From Podarcis bocagei (Eukaryota): a stretch of DNA of 64,000 bases. The position numbers and the translations under genes are program-made. Positions within the stretch are counted from its first letter, which is position 1; every line of letters begins with the position of its first letter. The stretch is taken from assembly GCA_964188305.1 (NCBI GenBank), contig OZ076890.1. One strand, given 5' to 3'. Shown piece after piece: positions 36,503 to 49,500 of this stretch. The notes beneath the pieces are model-generated. The model was not told the DNA's origin and searched no databases. It worked only from the letters and a program-made list of their open reading frames with translations.

Positions 36503-39500
36503 TCATGTGACATTGACCTCCAGAATGTGATCATCCTTGCTGGGAATGACAAGGATTTGCATGCCAGAGCTGGAGTTGAAGACCTGTCCGGGTGAAAACG
36601 ATTGCAGCCGAGGCATTGGTAAACCTTTGTGTTCTGCACTGGCTGCTGAATGTATGCTGCCTCTGCTCTTTATGCTGCTGCTGTCAGCTTGATCATCCAT
36701 ATTCTTGTCCACAGAGAGATTATCGTTTTCAATCCAACTATCTGTTTAAAAAACAGAAATGCAAAACTTTATTCCATGTGCATCTACAGTATGAACTAGA
36801 ATCAATTTAGGATTCATCACCTAGAAGGAATCAGAAGTCACTGCATGACTTGTTATTTACAGAAACACTTTTAGAAATCTGTGCTAAAAAGACTGAAGAG
36901 AGCCCAAGGCTCATGCCATCAGCTCCTGAAAAAACTGCCATTGGCCTGAGAGTGCTCACTCGGGGCACTCCCTTTTCCACCTCTCCACAGGCTACAGACT
37001 TGGGTGCCCAGAAGGGGAAGCAAAAAAGGCCAGGCCAGGGAGTCCATTCCATCAACTCCTGGAAGGACAAAAGGTCTGAAACAATTCTGCTGTTATATCT
37101 TCTGTACCTCGTTTTTGTTTTAGTGATTTACTGAGTGCCCTGGCATAAGGGCGGCATATAAATGCAGCAAATAAAGCATTGCAGCAAATGGGGAAGCCCT
37201 AGCACATATAGATTTCTGTGCACTTACTGGAACTCCCACAAGAGCAAGAAACTGTTAAATCATACTTCAAGTATCTGCCAGTCCCGCACATAAGAGCGCT
37301 GAAGGCATTCCAAGGCAATGATTGTGTGTCATGCCATGCCATCAAGCTACAGGAGAAATGGGACTGCAAACGTTCTCTATCAGCAGCCGTCCCATCAGAC
37401 GATGGGGGCAGACAGAAAAAAAAGGGGTGGAAGTCCACAGCCTTTCCACTGACTGCTGAAAAACCAGCAATATGTGACTCCTGTTTCCCATTCCAGCTGG
37501 TCATGAGAACTATCATTAAGTGTTAGTGCCTGTTTTCCTCATCTCTCCCAATACCTTTTCTTTTTGAATTGTGTCTTTTCAAATATAAGCCTGATACTAT
37601 CTCATTACTGATATTCTGCAAGCCACCCTGGGAGACCCTTCTTGCTGAAAATCAGGATGAACGTGTCTTTCCAACTTTTTCAGCTGAAAAATTCTAGCGC
37701 ATTTTAAAGATTCACGCAAGCACCTAAGCAAACTGTTCAAGATTATCCATGTTTCAGGCCTTGAAATGAAGTGTTGAAAAGAATGCATCCTTACCTGCAT
37801 CGAGCTGCATAGAGTGAGCAGAGTAGTGCGGGAGGTATTTAAATAGCCTAACATCAGGAAAAGGGAGGTATCCTGCAAAGAGTGGCATGACTTCCATGTG
37901 CACTTTGTGGGTTGCCCGAACTGCAATTGGCATAGATATTACCCCTGAGCTCTTCCCACAGACTGCCCAGTTACTACTATTGTCTACAACTGAAACAAAA
38001 GAGAAAACACTATCAAAAGGAAATAGTTACTGAGACCCATTTTTCATTTTGAATACTGTATAAGCCACACTTATGAGGGAACTATAAAAAATGTCTTATG
38101 CAGTCCTTTTACAAGCGTCATGAGATAGGGATGCCATACGAACAAAATGATTTGAAGAAGATACATACACATATTTAAAATCCTGTTGATAGCTGTAAGA
38201 TTAAGAATTACTATAGATTTAATTCAAGATAACTGGAGGGGTGTAAATTCTTTGGATATCAGAGCTACATACACTTTTGGGTGACCTGAGTGACTAAACC
38301 ACACAAAATGCAGTCCAATTAGTATGCCTACCTTCATACATTAGCTTTGTTGTGCAGTAACCATCAGATTCTGTCAATGCTTCGTCTTTGTCCACATCCA
38401 GGAGGTCTGAAAGGCGGGTGATCGACACCTCCAGTGAGCACAACGAGCCTGTTTTACAATATTCTGCCCCCAATGGGGGGGAAATCTCAGCTTTCACATT
38501 ATATAATGTCTGGCAGGAGCACAATGATATTCATGGTCATTATATACACAAGGTTAAACATTTCCACAATTAAACTGATTAGGAAAGATAATCTATCAGT
38601 AAAAGGAGATTGGCAGAGGAGGAGAAAGTCTGTCTTCTACTTTTCCATAAAAAATAGGACCAAGCCACAAAAGCTAGGGCAAAAGCCTGAAAATCAACTC
38701 TGTATCGTAAACACAAACAAGCCCAAAACGTATTGATGCTAAACAAGTACCAAACATTACATTCGACATGTGGTGGCTTCCTAAAACATCATAAGGTGGC
38801 AACTCCGCCACACGGAGGTTGTAACATCTAGAATGGCTTGTCCCATGGGGCACTGCTGTCATGCGGAAATCTCTATGACACCACTAGCCACTATCAGAAA
38901 TTCCAGCAAGGGCCCAGAAATGCCACAGGGTTGTGACAATCCACAGATAATCCGCTCTAGGCACTGCAGGAGCAGTAAGAGCTACTTGCCAAGCAATGAT
39001 CGAGTGGTCTCAATGTGGCAAGTGCCTGGCACAAACCAACCCTTCGAGTCTTCCAGAATTACAACATGGAATTTTAAATTTTTACTCCTGTAAACCATTT
39101 TGAGATTGTGTGATAATGGCAAGCAGTAAATGAATACTGTTAAATAAATAAACATTTGAAAGCCCCACCCCCACCCCCCAATCTTTTAATGTGGATTCCT
39201 TGAATCTGCCTGCTTCCACTCTGGAAAATCTCAAACCTATCTGATCTAGCTACCAGCGTGGCAAAAACTTACAAAAAAGTTTTCCAGCTGGAATTCGTAA
39301 GTGTACGGCTTCAGAGACAGTGAGTGCTCTTCAGAAGGTGCTGAACAAAAGTTCACTGAAAACTGGCATTGCAAAGATGAGGGAAGTTCTTTTGTCCACT
39401 TCAGTTCCCATACAAAGAATACTGCTTGCTTAGTGTAGATATGCTGAAAGAGAGAGTTATGAATTTGTCAATAGTCACTCTGGTGTTAGCTAACAAAGAA

Positions 39501-40713
39501 CAGAATATACATACTTTAAAAAAATAAAAACATTTCAACAGGGGTGGACAGTGTATTCGTCAACAGCACTGCATGCAGCATCCCCTTCCCTCAAGGCTGA
39601 ATAGTTTGCTCAGAACCCTGGATCCCTCACATTGGTTTTACTTAAAATAAATGTCTAGCTCTTGTGGTTAGCTATGACAGCTAACTACACACAAAGCAAA
39701 ACTGTGTCTGTTTCAGCCCTCTTGGCTGATGCTGGGAGAAAGCAAACCACGAGGCTTGGCTTAGTGTTACATCCAAACCCGAGACTGTGCTTTGCTTTGC
39801 TCCCAAATCATTATGTGTGGCCAACATTTGTTCTTGGATTATTGATTGCGGATTGCTGGAACCAAACAAACCACGATCCATGGTTCTGACATATTGCTAA
39901 GTCACAGGCTGTGATTTGCTTTCTCCCAGCATGAGCTGGAAGGAGCAAAGAGGAGGGAAGCAGACATAATTTGGGTTGTGAACAGCAAAACTGGGGTTTA
40001 TGCTGTGAGAATTCTGTGCATGAGTCTCCCTCCACCAATATGGCTGCAACCAACTGCTATTTCGTTTTCCTCTTGCAGAACTATCTCCAGCAATTGCTAT
40101 TCCACAATTTTTTTTGTGTGTAGGACTTGAAACCTGACTCCATTTTCTTTTCTCCTTTTTCTTTGGAATGGTGTTGAATATGACAAACCCCAGCTAACCA
40201 ATAATGGAAGAGAAAGTTTCTAACTCCTTCTCCTGGCCGTGCAAGAGCAAAATATGGGAGCAAAGTAGCATGCCAGCTAGGGAGGAAGCTAGGTTCATTT
40301 ATGGTTTCCTAACAGTTTAGTGTGGCATTCAAACACAGTCAATGAGTTCCAATTAGCTGAGGTTCATAATGCTTTTTCTATACACTTCTGGGGTCGGGGG
40401 GGGGGACAGATGTGAGAAACAGATGTGATGTTTGTATATTCATAACGTGTATGTATTATTGTTGAATTATCTTAATAATAAAAATTTATGTATAAAAAAA
40501 GCAAGAAAGAAAGCCTACCTGTTCCGCTTTGGAGTTTAGCGGATCAAGACTTAAATCTGTGCAGATGCCAGAACTTTTAAGACTACTGTCAGATAACTTA
40601 AAAGAGATATCTGACATGTTCTGCACGCAAACCTGTATGTATTTCCTAAAAAAAAGGAAAACATATTTTTTAACATTGCAAAGAGCCTACTTTGTTATGT
40701 ATTGTATTGTTAG

Positions 40714-40761
<48 letters not shown>

Positions 40762-43514
40762 GCTAAAGGCTGAAATAATAGAGAAAAAGAGCTCTACATA
40801 TTCATAGCACTGTTTAATCATGCTAAAATTACATTTAAATTAAACAAACCACTATATTCAAAGTCTAGATTATGTTTTTATGTTAGTTTCCCATTGGAAA
40901 AAGTGAAATTAAAAAATACTCTACCATATCACTATGTATTTGTACTCTCAAGTAAGCAGGTATGGCATTGATTTATGAAGCACAAAAGGAGGGAGAAAAC
41001 AGGCCAGGTGTTCAAAAATCCTTGCCCATTCTTATTGTTATAAACTGTAGCTGTAATAAGACATATCTTTATGATGAATTAAGAGAGAGACCTTGAGAAA
41101 GTTACCTTTTGCCTGCTGATAACAAGGAATGTTTGGCTGTAAAGGGTATACTGAATGTAAGTGCAATAATGGTGGAGTAAATTGACCATGGACAATCAAT
41201 GGTTACCTGCAGGCAAGACAGAATAAAGTTATTCAGGTTATTATTGAAATTTTAATTTTTCTAATTTCAAATAGTTGCAATATTTCTTAAGAAGTGTACC
41301 CTTTATTGGGAGGGGAAATAAGAACATAAAGCAAAATCAAAGTATTTTTATACATTATTATTTTCTTGTATTTCTACAGTCACTGCACACCAGGCACATT
41401 TAATTTGCTTTAGAGCAAGGTAGCAAAAACAGGAATGAAGTTACAAAGAATCACCTTCTTTTCAGGAGGTGCTGTTTTGTGTATTTCAAGAACAAAAACT
41501 GTGGTTAAAATGTTGTGTTTTGTGGTGTAGCTTTTGTTCAGAGAGGAAAATATCTTTACATTTTACAATATTTTACTGCACAGCTTTCTTTTGTGGTCCC
41601 AAAGAACACAGCATTCCTCTAATATTCTGGGAGTAATAAATCAATTTACCGTCTCAAAGGAAGTAACTACTTTAACAGGGCTATAAAGTATTACATTATT
41701 CACGCCAACTTACTTTTTGGTCAATTGTAGCCATACGATTGCAAGACATCTCCTCTTTGCTTTTTTTCTGAAGCTCTTTGCTAACCAGGTTCTCATTCTC
41801 CAGCACACTTACTGAGGTTGATGGTAAATACAAGACTTCGAGTTCAAAGGCGATCACGTGATAAGCAGGAGCCACTGGTAAGCTGATGCTTGTGATTTTC
41901 TCAGACGACTGGATCATTAGAGATGCTTCCGATGCCTTTTCTACAATTGCATAAAATATCAATTAAACTATAATTAAGAATAATCCCTTCGCTCCAAACA
42001 CATGGCATTCCTCAAAATAAAGTGTGGCATTGCTTCTAAACCAACAAACCACACTGGGTTTTACAGTGTAACTTTTGGGGACTCTCAGTAGGGATGAAGA
42101 AAAAAAGGAAACTGCACAAGTCATGGTTTATCTTATACAGTTAACACAAATCATGGCTTGATATTTGTCTGAATTAACCCACTAGGTAACTTTTTGCAGG
42201 TGTTATAACATATTCATCTAATGCTCTTTCTTTGAGACAAGCATGATCTCAAGACTTTGGCCACTGTACCAAAGTCATTATGAACCCAGAGACTTACATG
42301 GACAGCACACAACAGTTTGTTTAATGGCTTTTCTTAAGCAGTTCTCTATAGCAGCATCCGCAACATGGTGCTCTTCAGATGTTTTGGACTACAAGTCCTA
42401 TCATATGTAGCCATTAGGCCATGCTGGCTGAAGATGATAGGAGCTGCAGTTCAGGAACATTCAGAAGACCAAAGGTTTCCCAGTCCTGCACCACAAGAAC
42501 TCCACTTGAGTTGGATATATGCCAGAATATTTGAAGTACTTTACCTATTTGGAAGCTCTCATAACAAATTCCCTTTCTTAAACACTGATGTTTACGCCAT
42601 GGAACAGAAAGCTACTAATAAAGAAGTGCTTAGAATGGTTTTGATGCACACTTCTGAATCATGGCTATGACTGTGAACAAAAAATTAGTTAGCAGGGAGG
42701 GTGCTGAGATAGAGAAAGTTAATTTATATGGTAACCCTTGGGATAACAACTCTGCTCGGAATTGATAAAAAATTAAACTGCTTCCAAATATATTTTTCCT
42801 GCCATATGTTTTTAGACTGTTGTGCAGAGAATCAGAGATCTAAAACATCAGAAGCAGCTACTCTACATGCTACATTGTACCAGGTTTCTTGAGGCTGTGA
42901 TCAACAAAAGCTTAAACCTATTATAGTAAAACAGATTTAAGAAGTAAATATAAAACTGGAGGCTAAGCTCTTACACCTACAATTACCACGCAGCTCCTAT
43001 GGCATTTCTATATCCTGGCTGCAGGAAGCCCTCTTTCATCAAAACACTAATATTAGTATAATAATACTGAAACGACATACCCTTTGTGTTTGAGTAAATC
43101 ACAGCTTTACTCTCTGGATGGTACAAAATTGGCATGGCATCAGCATTACTGAGCTGGAGTGCATCTCCATTCTTTATGGTATAATGGCCAGTAGTCACTG
43201 TAAATTTTACCTTCTGAGGAATCCCAGCCAAAAGGCTGTCTGGAAAAAAAATGAAGTAGTGGTGAAGAGAAACAATTAATTCTGCTGTCTCAGAACAACC
43301 ACAATGGCTACATATGGATGATTAAATCTTGGTTTATACACCGATTGCTCCTGCTTTGCCCTTCCCTTTGTGCAAGCAAAGGAAATGTGTGCTAGCCATT
43401 ATGTCCAAACTGAGAATCTGTGGTTGGTAGCTAGCCAGAAAGCCAAAATATGAAACTATGGTTGAAACTTGGCTTCCAGATCTTGGCTTGGGTCCATGTG
43501 TCCTGTTTACATGC

Positions 43515-43547
<33 letters not shown>

Positions 43548-46500
43548 CAGAGAAAATCTGCAGTGTTATAATGAAAGAAAAATAATAATGTCCTTGCAAC
43601 AAGGCCTGGGAGCCACCTTCTCTCTCTAACATTCTACAGCTGCTTGGAGCAGCTAGTAACTAAACCACAGTATGCTCAGTTGTGCTGTTGGACCCATGCA
43701 TATGTTGGTTTGTAAATTGTGGACCAACCCACAAATCGGTATGCTGAACTGTGTATGGCTCTGAGGGGCAGGGGGAAAGGGTAACTTCACTCCCAGAGGA
43801 AACAGGAATCCTCCAGCATCCCTCCTTTTTTGCATATTAATGATCAAAATAATTATGTGAAATGCAAACTTCACTTCCTCTAAGTAGGGAAAACCCTACA
43901 CAGAATTTTCAAGTTGGTGGATTCAGCTGTGGAACAAGTTCCGCAACAAGAGCCTTCACAGCTAAGGCAGTATTTCAGCATCTTCCTTGACTGAGAAGCT
44001 CTTCTAAGTAAATGAGAAGTTCAATAGTTTCCTGCATTGGAAACAGCCAAAACAAACTCCCCAAAACTGACTGAGGAAAGTCAGGCAAGACAAGGCACGC
44101 GTTCCACAATTTTTCACAACCTAGAATGTACTCAGATATTGCAACAGATATTGTAGGAAGTTACTAGGCAAGAACAGTGGCTCCAGCAGCAAAATCAATT
44201 AAAAGTTTCCCTTGGCCTCATTAAGTTAAACTATGTAATGTACATTTATTTCCAAAGCACCAGGTGCATGAATGTCTAATTACTCAAGATTTATCTAGCT
44301 GTTCTGCAAGGTTACGAGCAAACCGTTTCCAATGGCAGCTAGCTGACAAACTTTATCAAAAAGCTATCTAGGACTGCCCTTCAATAAAACTATCAAGGCA
44401 GTGCAAAAACACATTACACTGAAATTAGATAGTGTATTTCAAAATGTTAAGCATTTGTATATTTGACACTTGTTGCAAGCTAGTTACTGAGAATTTAGTC
44501 CTCCAAATTAGTTCATAAGTTGCAGAACATATTTCAAACTGGAAAGTAGCTAATTTAGACACGTAGCAAGAGAAATTAACATGCATAGTTTCAAGCAAAT
44601 TTTACCTACCAGTACATGGCTCGACTTTTAGCTGTGGCTCCTGAGAGTAAACATCATACTGCACTATTGGGTAAATATGAGGAAGGGCAAACTGCATTTT
44701 GCCCACTGAAATGCATAACTGCCTGAGCGTGTATGTTCCAGGATCCTTGCCCTATGAGAAAATAAAAAACAATATTCTTTGGGGATCTCAAAGAACAGGT
44801 GATCTGACAGAACATTTCAAATTTCTGTAAATCACCTGGAGACATATGCAGAAGCCAGAATAACAACAACAACAATAATAATTTGTATACAGGAAAAAAT
44901 ATCATTAACATCTTTTCAACACCAGGTAAAGACTTTACTTTTGCTGGGCCTTAAACAGGTCTGCTTTGAGTTAGTTATGATACATGGATTTTCTTGGGCA
45001 TATGTGTGTTGCTTTTCAAATTGTATCAAAATTCTCATTGGTTACTATTACCTCTGTACTTAATTCTTTTATTTATTTATTTTTTTTTTTAAAAAAAAAT
45101 TTATACTGTGAGTACCTTGAGTCCCCCGGAGACAATTTTCACTAGGAAATATTGAATAAATGGTAATTACTATATTCTTAATATAAACACATACTCATGC
45201 AAAACAGGCTACATTGCAATAATAAAAGTTTAGGGCTGCATAGTTGTATGAGCATGTGGCTGTTGGTATATCCAGATTTTGTATGTATAGAACGGCAAGT
45301 GTCCGAATAGCTTGAGGTGTGTTGTTATTAAGTTAATGTCTCCCTTACACTTATAATTGACTGCACCACACATGGACTCTTGCATAATAAACACACAGTC
45401 TTAAAATAGCAGGCTGAAAATCAAACTGGGGTATGTGTGAGAGAAAGAAACCATGTAACTTCAAGGTTATTCAACTGTAGTTTTATTTTTCTACTAGCAC
45501 CCATTTATACAAAATGGGAGAGGGTTGATTATTTAATAACTTCAAAAATATTGAAGTGTGGTTTATTTAAGGATTCTGGGTAAGCAGTCTGCTTTGTGGC
45601 ACAAATTCATATATGTATTTTATTTTATTTTACATCAAAGGTGACATAACTTCTAAAGCAACAATTGTTCTCAGCTATGCTGTTAAGTGATGTTTGCTTG
45701 TGGTATTTTCAGAACATCAGCCAACATTTGTGTTTACGGTTGCTGTAGAGCACTCTGCAGAAATACCACTTAAAATGTGTTCATGAACTTTGTGGTAATA
45801 TATTAATACAGAACTCATTTATTTGCAATTCCTGTCTGCAGCCAGAAGGTGGCTAGCCTGTAATTGAATGGTACTACTGTTCAAATTACTGAAAGGTGTA
45901 CCACTTGACCTACTACTGCCAAAGGCTATATACATTTTGTCCCTTGGCCAAAAACTTTGGCTTGCTAGCACTGGCCTCTGATACGCGCAGTACATTTAGT
46001 CAATCTCGCTTGCAGAGAAGTTCTGAAACAGAAGAAGGGAACAACAAAGGCCTGCACTTTGCGCTCCACAATGCTTGAAGAAAGGTTTCTGATACATCGT
46101 GGACATTGCTTGAGGATAGCGGAGCAGAGATTTCAGCTAATGGCACTCTTTCAAAATGAAGTTGCGTGAGCTCACAATAAAGCTAAAGAAGCACAATGCT
46201 TAAGCATTTCAAACCAGTCTAGTCTATTATGGGAGGCATCTACCCACTTTTAATCCAACTCCAATTGCTTTGCCATTGTTGCCTACTCTGCTTTGAGCAT
46301 GAACGGCAGTGGCTTCAGGGCAACCAAGTATACTCCACTACACTGGCTGGGGAAAGCACATGTAGGCCATACATAGCCTAGTCTTTTTTTTTTTTATTTT
46401 ATTTTTGACGTTAAATATTTTTTATTATGATCCAACATCTAAAAAACACATATACCTTATTAATAAAAACAAAACAAAGAAAAATAAACAGATACAAAAC

Positions 46501-49500
46501 AGATACAAAAATCAATATACATTCATTTATATTGTTTGACTTCACCACCACCACAACGTGACCTCTATCTGAACCATATGTATCGCAGTGTCTTTATTAA
46601 CCCGCTTATTCTACTTCACGATTTTTATATTATACCTATTGTGATTTTGATGTTTCCTGACATTGTCTCTATGTATGAAAAAAAAATTTTCCAGTCATCA
46701 ATAAATTTAATATTTTTCTGTTGCCTTATCTTCTGAGTCATTATTGCCAAATCAATGTATTCAATTAACTTAGTTTGCCAGTCCTTGATTGTAGGTATGC
46801 TGGGTTTTTTCCAATTCTGCGCTAGCAGTATCCTAGCGGCTACTGTCGCGTATTGAAATAGGGTTTGATCATTTTTATTAATCTCATTTCCCACCATTCC
46901 CAGGAGGAACGCCTCAGGTTTTTTTGGAAAGGTGTACTTTAGGATCTTTTTTAGTTCATCATAGACAGCTCCCCAGAATTTCTTTACTTCCTCACAGGAC
47001 CACCACATGTGAAGGAAGTCTCCCTCTTTCTTTTTACATTTCCAACAGGTCTTGTCTCCGGTTTTATACATTTTAGCTAATTTTGTTGGGGTGATGTACC
47101 ATCGGTACATCATCTTTTCCATGTTTTCTCGGAGACCGACACATGCTGAAAACTTCATATCCCTATTCCATAATTTTTTCCATTTTTCATAATCTAGGGG
47201 GTGTCCTAGGTCAATGGCCCACTTAATCATGACCTCCTTGATTTCCTCATCCTTTGTGTCCCAATCTAATAGTTGGTTATACATTTTGGTTAGGATTTTG
47301 GACTTCCCTTCTATTATTTCTAATTGGAATTTGGACTTGTTCTTACTCATTCCGGCTTTTTTATGCTCGTTCCATAAAGAGTTAATTTGATGGAAATGTA
47401 TCCACCCCAATAGTTTGTCTTTTAACTCCTCATAAGGTCTAATCTCCCATCCTTTCTCAGATCTTTTCAAGAGCTCGGCATATGTCCACCTTTTACCTTC
47501 CATATTTAATTTTTTAATTGCTAGGATATCAATGGGTGACAGCCACAATGGGGTGTCTCTTTCTATCAAGTTCTTACATCTGTTCCATACCTCTAGCAAC
47601 GCCCCTCTTATAATGTGATTAGAAAAACTTTTATGCACTCTCCCCTTATCATGCCAAAGGTACGCGTGCCACCCAAACCTAGCATTAAAACCTTCCAAAT
47701 CCAACAAGTCGGTGTTTTCCAAAACTATCCACTCCTTAACCCAGCAAAGACACGAAGCCTCATAATATAGTTGTAAATTGGGAACCCCAAAACCGCCTCT
47801 ATCTCTTCTGTCAGTGAGCAACTTATATTTAATTCTGGCCCTTTTACCCTGCCAGATGAATCTGGAAAGGGTCCTCTGCCAGTCTTTAAACATTGTTGTG
47901 CCCCTGATTACTGGGATATTTTGGAATAGGAATATCATTTTTGGGAGAATGTTCATCTTAATGGCGGCCATTCTCCCCTCCCACGAGAGGTGTAATCTGC
48001 TCCAGCTATCTAGGTCTCTTTTACATTCTTTCCAAATTCTATTGTAATTATCCTCCACTAGGTTTATGTTTTTAGTTGAGACCCAGATACCCAAATATTT
48101 AACCTTTTTTGATGTCTTTATTCCTGATTCCAACTCAATTTTGCTTTTCGATTGTTCGTCTAAGTTCTTTACCAACATTTTTGTTTTTGTTTTGTTTAGT
48201 CTAAACCCAGATAGTCTCCCAAATTCCTCCATTAAGCCCATAACTATGTTTATCCTTTCTAGGGGTTCTTCTATTGATATTACTAAGTCATCAGCGTAAG
48301 CCTTTACTTTGTATTCTTTTTTACCTATTTTGATCCCTCTTACTTCCGGTGTTCCTCTGATCTTATTTAGTATAACCTCCAAAACCAAGATGAATAGCAG
48401 GGGTGATAATGGGCATCCTTGCCTTGTACCTTTTGTAATCGTGAATGAGTCTGTTAGGTTACTATTGATGATAAGTTTCGCTCTCTGGTTAGAATATATC
48501 GCTCTAATACCTTCTAGGAATGGCCCTCTTATTCCTGCCCTCTATTTTAGACAAATTGGCTAATATACAGCAAGTGACCGACAAAAAGTGAGCGATCCAC
48601 TACTCTTTCCTACTAAAAAGCATGTACCTATGAAATTCAAGACACTGCAGTAATGAAACATTTGAACAGGCCCCTGATATTATTAATTTATTAAAATATT
48701 TGCACGCCACTATGTCATTTAAAAATATATATCAAAGTGGTTTACAGCACTGAAACAAAACTGTGTAATAAAAACCACACAAAACAGTTAAAAACAGACA
48801 TCAATTAACCATTGTGGAAGGATGTATTCATAACCGCCTGCATAGTCCTGGTGGGACAGAAAAAATTTCAGCAGGTCTTTCAAAGATGGCACAGAAGGTG
48901 CCTGCTGAATCTCTATCAGCAGAATATTCCACAGGACTAGGCTCATGACACTAAAGACTTGAATTCTTGTTGCAGTCTAATGAGCCTCACCAACTTGAGG
49001 AATGGCCAACATTCCTACAGATGATCTCAGTGATGGAGCTGGGATATAAAGGTTCAGGTGATCCCTGGACCTAACTTGTTCAGGGCTTTGTAGATTATGA
49101 TGACAACTTTGAACCAGGCTCAGTAGCAGATGGGCAGCCAGTGGAATGGTTTTAACAACCATATAACATGTTCTCCACCAGAAGCTCCCATCAGAAGTTG
49201 GGCTACTGCATTCTGCACCAACTGGAACTTCTGAACCAGACCCAAGGCCAGTCATCACATGGTACCCATTACAGTAATCCAGCCTTGAGGTCAGCAATGC
49301 ATGGATTACAATGGTCAGGCTATCTCTGTACAGTACAGTGGTACCTCGGGTTACATATGCTTCAGGTTACACACGCTTCAGGTTACAGACTCCGCTAACC
49401 CAGAAATATTACCTCAGGTTAAGAACTTTGCTTCAGGATGAGAACAGAAATCGTGTGGCAGTAGCGCAGCAGCAGCAGGAGGCCCCATTAGCTAAAGTGG

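Noticed and set aside
39660-40330. Degenerate semi-palindromic repeat (AAACCA...TGGTT motifs)
   Set aside because: Probably an old lizard repeat, but I could not define its ends or family.
46625-48388. 587-aa ORF as a host gene
   Set aside because: It is truncated L1 ORF2, lacking the endonuclease domain, the N-terminal RT part and a promoter.
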